Program-made: the position numbers and the translations under genes
The notes under the pieces: generated by a model
The model's database searches: none
What the model was told of the DNA's origin: nothing
The model's input: only the letters and a program-made list of their open reading frames with translations
Shown here: positions 24,607 through 32,655 of the stretch, piece after piece
How positions within the stretch are numbered: the first letter of the stretch is position 1
Layout of the letters: the number at the start of each line of letters is the position of its first letter
Source: a virus
Direction: 5' to 3' (one strand)
Length of the DNA stretch: 64,000 bases
Virus record (IMG/VR): IMGVR_UViG_3300022468_000627
Span: 1-64,000 of that record

Positions 24607-24648
24607 CTACTGCGGCGGGCGCTACCTGCCCGCCGCCAAGGAGCAATC

Positions 24649-24894
24649 TTGGAACAATCGAAACTTGGATCGCTCGTCGAGGCCGCCATCGGGACCGCCA
24701 TTGGTTTCGTCATGTCGATGGCCCTGAGCATGATCATCTACCCGCTGCACGGCCACAGCTTCACCCTGGCCCAGAACGCCAGCATCACGGCCATCTTCAC
24801 CGTCGCCAGCATCGTGCGCGGGTACGTCGTGCGCCGCTGGTTCAATGCCCGGATCCGCGCCGCCGCCGCGCGTGTAGCCGGCGCTGTGTCGTGA
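24649..24894 (+). CDS. Small membrane protein (81 aa)
   Basis: TTG start 5 nt after an AAGGAG SD. Two hydrophobic helices (AIGTAIGFVMSMALSMIIY, ASITAIFTVASIV). Confidence 0.5.
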   Translation: MEQSKLGSLVEAAIGTAIGFVMSMALSMIIYPLHGHSFTLAQNASITAIFTVASIVRGYVVRRWFNARIRAAAARVAGAVS

Positions 24895-24912
24895 CCCCAT
24901 CGAAAGGCATGT

Positions 24913-26037
24913 ATGGCATGGTCACCACAGCAGAACGCAGCCATGAGCGCAGTCAGCGACTGGCTTAAAGACAAGCGGGCCCCGCAGGTGTTCCGCCTGT
25001 TCGGTTACGCCGGTTCGGGCAAGACAACCCTGGCGAAGCACCTGGCCGACGATGTGCGAGGCCGCGTGAGCTACGCCTGCTTCACCGGGAAAGCCGCTCT
25101 GGTCCTCAAAAAGAAGGGCTGCACGGGCGCCAGCACGATCCACAGCCTGATCTACAAACCAGAGCAGGACGACGAGACAGGCGAGGCCGAGTTCGTGCTC
25201 AACCCGGACAGCGCCGCCGCCGACTCCCAGCTGATCGTCATCGACGAGGTATCGATGGTGGGCGAGGAGCTGGCGCGCGACCTGCTGAGCTTCGGCCGCA
25301 AGGTGCTGGTGCTGGGCGACCCGGCCCAGCTGCCGCCGGTGAAGGGCGAGGGCTACTTCATCAACGCCACGCCCGACGTCATGCTCACCGAGGTGCACCG
25401 CCAGGCGGCCGAAAACCCGATCATCCGCATGAGCATGGACGTGCGCGAGGGGCGCGGCCTGGCACCGGGCCAGTACGGCGACAGCCTGGTGGTGCGCCGC
25501 GTCGACATCGGCAAGGACGAGCTGCGCGACTACGTGCTGGGCGCTGACCAGCTGCTGTGCGGGCTCAATAAGACCCGGCAGACGTTCAACACACGCATCC
25601 GCCAGCTCAAGGGCCTGCGGGGCGAGGCGGCATCGTTCCTGCCGACGACTGGCGACCGCCTGGTGTGCCTGCGCAACAACCGCCAGAAGGGGCTGCTGAA
25701 CGGCGGGCTCTGGAACGTCGAGAAGGCCGCGCTTGGCACCCTGGGCAAGAACGCCGAGATGCGTCTGCGGTCGCTTGACGAGGACGAGGCCGCGCCGATC
25801 GACAGCATCGTGCCCGTCGAGTTCTTCCAGGGTACCGAGAAGGACCTGCACTGGAGCCAGCGCCGCAACTACGACGAGTTCACGTTCGGCTGGGCGCTGA
25901 CCTGCCACAAGGCGCAGGGCAGCCAGTTCGACAACGTCGTGGTGTTCGACGAGGGGCGCGTGTTCCGCGAGGACGCCGCCAAGTGGACGTACACAGCCAT
26001 CACCAGGGCGGCTGAGAAAGTGGTGGTGGTGCAATGA
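24913..26037 (+). CDS. SF1B Dda/RecD/Pif1-like DNA helicase
   Basis: Motifs GYAGSGKTT, VIDEVSM, VLGDPAQLPPV, TEVHRQ and TCHKAQGSQFD. Confidence 0.85.
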   Translation: MAWSPQQNAAMSAVSDWLKDKRAPQVFRLFGYAGSGKTTLAKHLADDVRGRVSYACFTGKAALVLKKKGCTGASTIHSLIYKPEQDDETGEAEFVLNPDSAAADSQLIVIDEVSMVGEELARDLLSFGRKVLVLGDPAQLPPVKGEGYFINATPDVMLTEVHRQAAENPIIRMSMDVREGRGLAPGQYGDSLVVRRVDIGKDELRDYVLGADQLLCGLNKTRQTFNTRIRQLKGLRGEAASFLPTTGDRLVCLRNNRQKGLLNGGLWNVEKAALGTLGKNAEMRLRSLDEDEAAPIDSIVPVEFFQGTEKDLHWSQRRNYDEFTFGWALTCHKAQGSQFDNVVVFDEGRVFREDAAKWTYTAITRAAEKVVVVQ

Positions 26038-26648
26038 GCCGCAAACCCCTGAAAGCCTACGTGGTCCGCGAGGACGGTGAGGGCGGCTGCGCCATCGTGT
26101 TCGCCGACAAAGGCGCCACGGCTCGCCGCGACGGCGGCAACGAGCTGAACCTGTCATTCGAGGAAGTCGATTCCTGCCGCCGCGAGCCGGCGTTCGACCA
26201 GTACACCCCGGGCCCGGTGCCGCTGCACGCCACCCTGGCGGCGGGCTGGTGGCACAACTGCCAGCATTGCGAAGTGAGGTTCACAGAGGAAGGCCGCGAC
26301 GACTGGGAGGAGGTTGAGCGCGAGTACGCCTTTGAGCCCGTGCAGGATGCGAACCACAACAACTACTGTTGCCCGGCCTGCATGATGGAGCAGTGGGCCG
26401 AGCGGCGCGAGCGGCAGGCTCGTGAGAATGCAGCCATCGAGGCCGCCTTCATCCGGTGGCCCGAGGCCCTGGAGGCGAGCGCAGGACGATACCGCAAGAC
26501 CTGGCCGGAGCAGGGCGACGAGATGCGGGCAAGCGTCACCCTGCCGGGCGTGAAGTACCCGGTGCATTGGGTGCCTGGCGCCGCGACGGTGAGCGTGTCG
26601 CAGTGCGACGTGGAGGATTTCAAGCGGCTCTATGGGGCGCCTTCCTGA
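26034..26648 (+). CDS. Hypothetical Cys-containing protein (204 aa)
   Basis: ATGA-coupled. Contains CQHC ... CCPAC motifs. No family recognised. Confidence 0.55.
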   Translation: MSRKPLKAYVVREDGEGGCAIVFADKGATARRDGGNELNLSFEEVDSCRREPAFDQYTPGPVPLHATLAAGWWHNCQHCEVRFTEEGRDDWEEVEREYAFEPVQDANHNNYCCPACMMEQWAERRERQARENAAIEAAFIRWPEALEASAGRYRKTWPEQGDEMRASVTLPGVKYPVHWVPGAATVSVSQCDVEDFKRLYGAPS

Positions 26649-26962
26649 TGCCCACCGCCTTCGACCCCATCACCGGCCAGGATGTGGACACCGCCAGCGA
26701 AGCCTGGCGCCACAGCTGCGAATGCCGCTGGCTCCTGGCCGCCAAGCCCACCCGCACCGAGAAGCACCTCTACCTCTACGGCGTCACCGACCGCTCCCAG
26801 CTGTTCAAGCCAAGCCCGGCCGGCCGCCCGCCCGTGCTGCGCGACGACCTGCGCCAGCTCTGGACCGGGCGGCCGCTGATGGCGTTCCGCAGCCTGGAGG
26901 CCGCCGACCGTATCCTGGCCGACGCCAGGAAGATCCACGAAGCCCAACAAAGGACCGCATGA
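26648..26962 (+). CDS. Hypothetical protein (104 aa)
   Basis: ATG 26648 overlaps the upstream TGA. Sequence MPTAFDPITGQDVDTASEAWRHSCECRW... Confidence 0.5.
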   Translation: MPTAFDPITGQDVDTASEAWRHSCECRWLLAAKPTRTEKHLYLYGVTDRSQLFKPSPAGRPPVLRDDLRQLWTGRPLMAFRSLEAADRILADARKIHEAQQRTA

Positions 26963-27228
26963 GCCAAACCCAAAAATACGTCGCAGCCCCGCCGGGCGAA
27001 CTCTACTGGCGCCACGAAGCCTGCCCGCACCCCGGATCCAAGGTGCTGCTGCTCACCATCGGCAACGTGTGCATCACCGGCCAGTGGTTCGGCAAGAAAG
27101 GCCAGTATTTCAACGCCTGGTGCCCCCTGCCCAAGGACGGCGCACCGCCGCCGGACATCCGCAAGGCCGGGCTCTGGGCTCGCCTGGTGTTCGCCTGGCG
27201 CCTGATTTTTCAACCCTATCGCGCGTGA
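26959..27228 (+). CDS. Hypothetical protein (89 aa)
   Basis: ATGA-coupled. Sequence MSQTQKYVAAPPGELYWRHEACPHPGSK... Confidence 0.5.
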   Translation: MSQTQKYVAAPPGELYWRHEACPHPGSKVLLLTIGNVCITGQWFGKKGQYFNAWCPLPKDGAPPPDIRKAGLWARLVFAWRLIFQPYRA

Positions 27229-27248
27229 GCGCAGAACCAAGGAGAACT

Positions 27249-27665
27249 ATGAACCACTTTGACCAAACCATCGCCGACGCCGGCAATATCCTCGTGGCCA
27301 AGTGCCACGGCGCCAGCGCCGCCGCCGGCTGGTGGACCGACATCGCCACGGGCAATGACCTGATCGCCGAAATCCGCAGCGGCTCCCTGCTCGGAAAAGC
27401 CCTCGTCGGCCAGAAGCTGTGCCTGGTGCACAGCGAGGTGAGCGAGGGCATGGAAGGCCATCGCAAGGGCCTGCTGGACGACAAGCTGCCTCACCGCCCC
27501 ATGATCGAGGTCGAGCTGGCCGACGCCGTGATCCGCATCGCGGACCTGGCCGGCGCCCTTGGCCTCGATCTGGGCGGCGCGATTGCCGAGAAGATTGCCT
27601 TCAATGCGAAGCGACCGGACCACAAGATCGAAAACCGCCAGGCCGAAGGCGGGAAGGCGTATTGA
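27249..27665 (+). CDS. MazG-like nucleotide pyrophosphohydrolase
   Basis: Trimmed to ATG 27249, which has a GGAGA SD. EVSEGMEGHRK ... EVELADAVIRIADLAGALGLDL fits the all-alpha NTP-PPase pattern. Confidence 0.65.
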   Translation: MNHFDQTIADAGNILVAKCHGASAAAGWWTDIATGNDLIAEIRSGSLLGKALVGQKLCLVHSEVSEGMEGHRKGLLDDKLPHRPMIEVELADAVIRIADLAGALGLDLGGAIAEKIAFNAKRPDHKIENRQAEGGKAY

Positions 27666-27666
27666 A

Positions 27667-28083
27667 ATGGGCCTGTTCGCTCGCCTTTTCCGCCGCAAGG
27701 CCAAACCCGCCGCGCAGCCGGCCACCAGCCCCCACCAGGCCGACCTGGGCCCAGGAACGGTATCTGGCCACACCGTGAGCGTGGGCAGCTGGGCGCGCAC
27801 CGCCAGCATCAGCCAGGGCACGGGTTATGCGCAGGCCGCCCAGCCCGTGGCGCGCGTCCGCGCAGGCACCAGCGCCACCCCGCGCCCCAGCTCATCGGAC
27901 GACACGCTCAACCCGCTCAACCCCATGAGCCCGATCAGCCCCATGAACCCGGCGCGGTTCATCTACGACTCTCCCCCTTGCCGGGCGGCCGCGCCCGAGT
28001 GGTCCTGCAGCCGCTCCGACGACAGCTGGTCGTCGTCAAGCGACAGTGGCAGCAGCGACAGCAGCAGCTCCTGCGGAGATTGA
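27667..28083 (+). CDS. Low-complexity Ser/Pro-rich hypothetical protein (138 aa)
   Basis: ATG 27667 (MGLFARLFRRKAK...). The C-terminus is SSSSDSGSSDSSSSCGD. Last gene before the bidirectional terminator. Confidence 0.45.
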   Translation: MGLFARLFRRKAKPAAQPATSPHQADLGPGTVSGHTVSVGSWARTASISQGTGYAQAAQPVARVRAGTSATPRPSSSDDTLNPLNPMSPISPMNPARFIYDSPPCRAAAPEWSCSRSDDSWSSSSDSGSSDSSSSCGD

Positions 28084-28110
28084 AAAAGGGCGGCCACTGG
28101 CCGCCCTTTT
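28083..28110. terminator. Bidirectional rho-independent terminator
   Basis: AAAAA-GGGCGGCC-ACT-GGCCGCCC-TTTT, lying between convergent genes (27667..28083 and int). Confidence 0.8.
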
Positions 28111-28113
28111 CGT

Positions 28114-29385
28114 TCAGCCCACCAGGGCCAGCGCCGGCTTGTCGTAGAGCACACCGCTCAGCCATGCGTTCCAGCTGTCCATGGCGGCGCGCATCTGCTG
28201 GAAATAGTCGGCGCGGTCGTAGTTTTTCGACCCCGTGTCGTTCTTGGCGTGCTGCTGAATCAAATCCCGCGTGAACCGGTCCACGCCGGCATCGTGGGCG
28301 CGAGACTTCCACGTGCGCCTCAGGTCGCGCGGCTGCCACGGCTCCATCTCGTTGCCTTCCTGGGCCAGCCAGCGGCGCACGGCCTGGGACACGCTGGACA
28401 GCGAGATCAGCTCGCCACCAGACCCGGCCCGGGCCGCAAACAGCGGGCCGTCCCCAAACTGGTCTTTGAGGCTCAGCAGGGTCGGCACAATGACACGCGG
28501 CAGCGGGATCTTGTGCGCACGCTTGCGCCCCTTGGTCTTGTGCGCCGGCATGTTCCACACCAGCGCCTCCAGGTCGATCTCGCTGCCCTCAATCCGCAGC
28601 GTTTCGTGCACGCGCTGGCCGCAGGCGATGATCAGCTTGATGCACGCCTCGACCTGCTCGCCAGCGCCCGATCCGCCGCCCGAGAAGGCCTCCCACACCA
28701 GCCGCAGCTCGGGCCCGGTCAGGTTGCGGTCGCGCACCGTGGTCGCCTCGGCGTCCTTCGCCACGTCCGCCACCGGGTTGTGCGCGATCCCCCACTCCTG
28801 GCGCTCGGCCACCGTGTAGTCGTTTGCCGACTTGAGTGCCCAGGCGAATGCCGCCGACAGGTAGCCGCGCGCCTTGTCGGCGGCGCCACGGTGCCCGTCC
28901 TTGAAGTAGACCGACAGGAACCGGACGATGTCGTCCGGCGTGACGTCAGCCGGCGCCTTGGCGCGGCCGATGAAGTCGGCGGCGTTGTGCTTCGCCAGCA
29001 GCAGCACGCGTTCGACCTCGCCGGCATTGGTGCGCTCCTTGGCCCGCATGGCGGCCACACGCGCCTTGAACATGGCCTCCAGCGTCGGTCGCACCGCCGT
29101 GCTGGGCTTGCGCTCTGCCGCCGGGTCATTGCCGGCCGCCACCGACAAGAACACGTCACGCGCCAGCTGGCGGGCCCGGTCGGGCGGCGCGTCACTGCAG
29201 CGGCACAGCGTCATCTTGCGCTGGGTGCGCGCGGCGTCGCGGGTGCGGTAGCGCAGCACGTAGGTGCGCCGGCCCGAGGGCTGGATGCGCACGCCGAAGC
29301 CCTCCAGCTCGGAGTCCCAAAGCCAGGTGTCGCCACTGGCGGGGGCGGGTGTGTTTTCTACAAGGGTCTTGTTCAGCTTGGGCAT
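28114..29385 (-). CDS. int: Tyrosine recombinase / phage integrase (P4-like N-terminus)
   Basis: 423 aa. N-terminal LWDSELEGFGVRIQPSGRRTYVLRYR (DUF4102-type). C-terminal RDLRRTWKS and HAKNDTGSKNYDRADY fit the R-H-R-Y set. Lies adjacent to the tRNA fragment. Confidence 0.9.
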   Translation of the reverse strand: MPKLNKTLVENTPAPASGDTWLWDSELEGFGVRIQPSGRRTYVLRYRTRDAARTQRKMTLCRCSDAPPDRARQLARDVFLSVAAGNDPAAERKPSTAVRPTLEAMFKARVAAMRAKERTNAGEVERVLLLAKHNAADFIGRAKAPADVTPDDIVRFLSVYFKDGHRGAADKARGYLSAAFAWALKSANDYTVAERQEWGIAHNPVADVAKDAEATTVRDRNLTGPELRLVWEAFSGGGSGAGEQVEACIKLIIACGQRVHETLRIEGSEIDLEALVWNMPAHKTKGRKRAHKIPLPRVIVPTLLSLKDQFGDGPLFAARAGSGGELISLSSVSQAVRRWLAQEGNEMEPWQPRDLRRTWKSRAHDAGVDRFTRDLIQQHAKNDTGSKNYDRADYFQQMRAAMDSWNAWLSGVLYDKPALALVG

Positions 29386-29557
29386 TTTGGGTCTCTTGGA
29401 TGGGTGCCTGCCGTTGGCGGCCCGGGCCCATTTCGGGCGCGAACCAGGGTGAGAGGCAGTGAAATTTAAGGGGTGAACGGGATGGACGAAATCAGGCTAA
29501 GCGGTTGTTATTATGCTCAAAAATGAGCAAGTGTGAACCGCCGTGAAGCCCCCGGAT

Positions 29558-29607
29558 TCAGCTTCCCAAGCTGTATGTCGAGGGTTCGATTCCCTTCGCC
29601 CGCTCCA
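29558..29607 (+). other. attP core candidate: 3' half of tRNA-Gly(CCC), not a complete tRNA
   Basis: CAGCTTCCCAAGCTGTATGTCGAGGGTTCGATTCCCTTCGCCCGCTCCA carries the anticodon loop TTCCCAA, the T-arm GAGGGTTCGATTCCCTT and the acceptor 3' strand plus CCA. It is near-identical to E. coli tRNA-Gly(CCC) as remembered. The upstream 25 nt cannot form an acceptor 5' strand or a D-arm. Confidence 0.7.
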
Positions 29608-29824
29608 ACCCACTCCCTAAAAAACGCTGCCGAACCAATGACTTGCACGGCGAAGCCCGGCACGTCAAGCCCAGGGCGCGCCCGGCAGGCGCCGCCCGGG
29701 CGCAGGTCGGACTTGGGCCCGGATCCAGCCCGGGCGCATGTCGCGCCCACGCAACGCTGCGCGGAGCATGATCTTTTTTGGTTATGATGTGGGTTCGGGG
29801 GCCGTCCCCGGATCAGGAGACCAC

Positions 29825-30097
29825 ATGCCAATTCAGATCGGCATCAAGTTCACCGGCAAGTACGCCGGCCACATGGACACGACTACGGGCACCTACTGGG
29901 AGGTGCTGCCCAAGATCGAGGGCGACGCGCTCTACCTGCAGAGCCGCCTGCTGCAGCCTCGGGCGCAGGTCGGCCAGCGCACCACCGTTGGCGGGCTGTT
30001 GCGCCGCCTGCTGCCGGCCCCGATCGGCCTCGTGAACCTCACCGCTCAACCCATCCCCATCTCCGGTCCCTGGCAGGCGTCGGGACACCAGAATTGA
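29825..30097 (+). CDS. Hypothetical protein (90 aa)
   Basis: Trimmed to ATG 29825, which has an AGGAGA SD (MPIQIGIKFTGKYAGH...). Confidence 0.45.
   Translation: MPIQIGIKFTGKYAGHMDTTTGTYWEVLPKIEGDALYLQSRLLQPRAQVGQRTTVGGLLRRLLPAPIGLVNLTAQPIPISGPWQASGHQN
30078..30094 (+). promoter_or_regulatory. Junction motif copy (CGTCGGGAC-AC-CAGAAT)
   Basis: The hexamer ends 6 nt before the TraR ATG 30101, with no SD. Confidence 0.5.
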
Positions 30098-30100
30098 ACC

Positions 30101-30316
30101 ATGTCGATAGAAGATATTGCCCAAGAACAAGAGGCCCGGATGTGGGAGATCAACAACATGCACCGCAAGCCGCTGCCGCCCCTGGCGAAGCCCGGTGATG
30201 CCCGCTACGGGCCCGAGGAGTGCGACGAGTGCGGGGCCGAAATGCACCAGGTGCGCCGCAGCTACGGGTTCAGGCTGTGCACAGCCTGCCAGTCCGAGCG
30301 CGAGCAAAAGCGCTGA
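30101..30316 (+). CDS. TraR/DksA-family C4 zinc-finger protein
   Basis: 71 aa with CDECG ... CTACQ spacing typical of phage TraR/DksA-like proteins. The ATG lacks an SD and lies 6 nt after a junction-motif copy. Confidence 0.8.
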   Translation: MSIEDIAQEQEARMWEINNMHRKPLPPLAKPGDARYGPEECDECGAEMHQVRRSYGFRLCTACQSEREQKR

Positions 30317-30595
30317 TCAGCGCGGCAGCGCGTCCACGAGCTTCTGCTGCCGGTCACGGCACTCGCGGTACATGCGCGCCGCGTTCACCCCCCAGCGCAG
30401 CACGGTGCCCGCCTCGCCGTCGCGCAGCTCAGCGAGCGGCGGGCACGGCTGGCGCAGGTTCGCCGGGATCAGGGGCGACTCCACGGATGGCGTCGTTGAG
30501 TGCCCGCAGGCCGTCATTATCAAGGCACACACTGCGATACACAGGCTTCTCGACAATGCGGTCCACGGTCTCGGTGATGGTCTGGTACACGACAC
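30317..30595 (-). CDS. o-spanin (Rz1-like lipoprotein), overlapped with i-spanin
   Basis: Alternative frame within and beyond the i-spanin gene. Signal/lipobox ...SLCIAVCALIMTAC and a Pro-rich mature part. Start is GTG 30595 or TTG 30556. Confidence 0.6.
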   Translation of the reverse strand: MSCTRPSPRPWTALSRSLCIAVCALIMTACGHSTTPSVESPLIPANLRQPCPPLAELRDGEAGTVLRWGVNAARMYRECRDRQQKLVDALPR

Positions 30596-30788
30596 GCTCG
30601 CGCTCCTTGAACTGTTCGTGGCCGACGGCGGCCGTGTCCGCCACCTTGGCGTCGTTGCGGCGCTTCTCGGCCTCGGCCTCGATCCGCTCCTTGTCGCGAG
30701 CGGCGTAGCGCCAGTCCTGGGTCTTCCAGGCGCCTCCAGCCGCCAGGGCGGCGGCGAGCAACGCGGCGGCGACGTGCGTCCAGATCAT
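30429..30788 (-). CDS. i-spanin (Rz-like)
   Basis: N-terminal TM (MIWTHVAAALLAAALAAGGAW), then a charged coiled-coil. ATGA-coupled to the endolysin. Confidence 0.65.
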   Translation of the reverse strand: MIWTHVAAALLAAALAAGGAWKTQDWRYAARDKERIEAEAEKRRNDAKVADTAAVGHEQFKERERVVYQTITETVDRIVEKPVYRSVCLDNDGLRALNDAIRGVAPDPGEPAPAVPAAR

Positions 30789-31408
30789 GCCGCGATCGCC
30801 TTGGCGGCCCGGGAGGACAGCTTGGCTCGGTCATCGAGGCCGGCCGTGCCGCCGTTCACCAGCTTGGTGACACGAACCACGTCACCCATGGCCGAGTCGG
30901 GGATGCGGCGCTCCCACCAAGCCACGCTGGCTCGCAGCGCCACAGCGGGCCGCAGCAGCTGGTCGGGGTCGCGCACCAGATCCATGCCCAGGGCCTGCCC
31001 CACGGCGGCGTAGTTGTCGCGGCCCGTGACCTGCACGAGGCCACGGCCACGGAATTTCCAGCCATCGCCGGCATCGACGTTGCCCATGCGCCCGGCGTAC
31101 ACCCGGTTGGCCAACCCTTCGGGGTTGCGCACGTAGGGCGCCGCATCAGCCACGGTCGGGAAGCGCTTCGGCCAGACATCGCAGAGGCGCTGGGCCGTCG
31201 AATAGCTCAGCCCCTCCTCCAAGCGCTCCAGCATGCCGCTTTCGTGCAGCACCTGGCCCAAAAAGTCGTCCAGCTCGCTGTCCCCAGCCGAGAACGTGCC
31301 GGGCCCGACCTCGACGGCGAACACACCAGCCCAGCGCACCGCCGTGGCCGGCTTCACGCCGCAGGCAATCAGAATTTCAGCCCACTTCGGGGCTGTGCGG
31401 GTGATCAT
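30785..31408 (-). CDS. Endolysin, glycoside hydrolase family 19 (chitinase-like)
   Basis: LGQVLHESG ... FRGRGLVQVTGRDNY ... are typical GH19 phage endolysin motifs. Confidence 0.85.
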   Translation of the reverse strand: MITRTAPKWAEILIACGVKPATAVRWAGVFAVEVGPGTFSAGDSELDDFLGQVLHESGMLERLEEGLSYSTAQRLCDVWPKRFPTVADAAPYVRNPEGLANRVYAGRMGNVDAGDGWKFRGRGLVQVTGRDNYAAVGQALGMDLVRDPDQLLRPAVALRASVAWWERRIPDSAMGDVVRVTKLVNGGTAGLDDRAKLSSRAAKAIAA

Positions 31409-31682
31409 TTTGGAAGCTCCCTGGCACGCCCGACCGCCAATACCGGCTGGTCGCGGCTTGAACCGCTGTCACTGCGGCGAGTAGCCCGATGGTGTCCCAG
31501 GAGGGTTGCCAGCCGGGCAGAACGAGAGGTGCGAACAGGCAGAAAATCGAGGCGACGGTCAGCGCGTAGAACGCCATGATCACCGTCTTGCGGGTGTTGT
31601 GATCGGTCTTCACCGACCGGCAGAACTGGCTGTAGAGCAGGGCCAGCGACAGGATCAGGTGAAGGGCGGTGAGGCTGCTCAT
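31377..31682 (-). CDS. Second holin/antiholin-like membrane protein (101 aa)
   Basis: Trimmed to ATG 31682 (MSSLTALHLILSLALLY...). Three hydrophobic segments. ATGA-coupled to the holin and overlaps the endolysin start. Confidence 0.5.
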   Translation of the reverse strand: MSSLTALHLILSLALLYSQFCRSVKTDHNTRKTVIMAFYALTVASIFCLFAPLVLPGWQPSWDTIGLLAAVTAVQAATSRYWRSGVPGSFQNDHPHSPEVG

Positions 31683-32068
31683 TGCGGCTCCTTGGGGGCG
31701 CCAGCACTGATGCCCCGGGCCATCGCCGCCAGCCCCTGGCGCAAAGCAGACAGCACCGGAGCCCAGCCATTGCCGAGCGCGCCGATGAAAAACGCGACCA
31801 CGGCCATGCCTTGGACTGCGGGGAACCCGTACTCTTTCTCCAGGTACCAGGCGGCCGAAGTCGTCAGAACGACAGCCGTGGACACGATGCGAGCGAGGAA
31901 GAAGGCCCCGGAGGCTCGGGTGGTGGTCGGCATCACCGACAGGGGCCACATCGCCCCGATCAGTGCGCACATGACGATAACCGCGTAGGGCCCGAAGAAG
32001 GGTCCAAGCAACGTGGTCAAGAAAATGGTGAGCGTGATCCCACCAGCGGTCGACGTTGGTTCAGCCAT
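31679..32068 (-). CDS. Holin candidate (129 aa, 3-4 TM)
   Basis: Multi-TM small protein immediately upstream of the endolysin. The ATG lacks an SD and lies 6 nt after a junction-motif copy. Confidence 0.6.
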   Translation of the reverse strand: MAEPTSTAGGITLTIFLTTLLGPFFGPYAVIVMCALIGAMWPLSVMPTTTRASGAFFLARIVSTAVVLTTSAAWYLEKEYGFPAVQGMAVVAFFIGALGNGWAPVLSALRQGLAAMARGISAGAPKEPQ

Positions 32069-32073
32069 GGTGG

Positions 32074-32091
32074 GATTCTGCGGTCACGACG
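32074..32091 (-). promoter_or_regulatory. Junction motif copy (CGTCGTGAC-CG-CAGAATC)
   Basis: The hexamer ends 6 nt before the holin ATG 32068, with no SD. Confidence 0.55.
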
Positions 32092-32100
32092 CCGACGAAG

Positions 32101-32655
32101 TCAGGTCTTGATCAGGTAGTTCAACACCAGCGTGGGCTGGGTGTTGTTGTGCGCGCCGCCGCCGCCCTGGCTGGCCGTGGTGGGCGTCGCGCCGGCCGCC
32201 GAGCCCGAGCTGCGCAAGTCGTTGGAGCCCGACCCGGCCGAGGCCGTGGCGCCGCTGATGGCGTGGCTGTGCGCGGGCGTCTGGGCTAGGGTCAGCGTGT
32301 GGGTTTCCGCACCGCCGTTGGCGCCCAGCGTGGCCCCATCCACGCCGCTGCCCGCCGTGGTCAGCCGCGACGCAGCCGAGCCGCCCATGTTGTCCTTGCC
32401 GCCAGGCACGCGGCCGCGCAGGTCGGGCAGGTTGAAGGTGGTCGAGCCGTCGCCGGTGCCATAGGCCGTGCTGATGGCCGCGAACAGCGCCGCGTAGGTC
32501 GTGCGGCTCACCGCTTGGCCATAGCACAGCAGCCAGCCGGTGGGTGCAGTGGAGCCCGCATAGGGCAGAACGACGCCGGCCGGGGCGCCACCGAAAGACG
32601 GGTTGATGGTGCCGGCGGCGCCGAACAGCGCCCCCAGCTTACTTGCCAGGCTCAT
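32101..32655 (-). CDS. Phage tail-collar domain protein
   Basis: Trimmed to ATG 32655 (MSLASKLGALFG...). PTGWLLCYGQAVSRTTYAALFAAISTAYGTGDGSTTFNLPDLRGR is the classic tail-collar motif. Confidence 0.75.
   Translation of the reverse strand: MSLASKLGALFGAAGTINPSFGGAPAGVVLPYAGSTAPTGWLLCYGQAVSRTTYAALFAAISTAYGTGDGSTTFNLPDLRGRVPGGKDNMGGSAASRLTTAGSGVDGATLGANGGAETHTLTLAQTPAHSHAISGATASAGSGSNDLRSSGSAAGATPTTASQGGGGAHNNTQPTLVLNYLIKT

Noticed and set aside
24884-24895. A GTCGTGAC match at the membrane-gene/helicase junction as a further junction-motif copy
   Set aside because: It lacks the CAnAAT hexamer (CCCATCGA follows instead), so it is not counted. It may simply be stop-codon context.
28249-29469. 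406-aa plus-strand ORF overlapping the integrase
   Set aside because: It is an antisense shadow ORF (R/G/A/L/H-rich). The minus-strand product has clear tyrosine-recombinase features.
29532-29607. A complete tRNA gene next to the integrase
   Set aside because: Only the anticodon arm through CCA is tRNA-like. The 5' 25 nt (GTGTGAACCGCCGTGAAGCCCCCGG) cannot pair with the acceptor 3' strand CGCCCGC or form a D-arm. It is called an att-type fragment instead.
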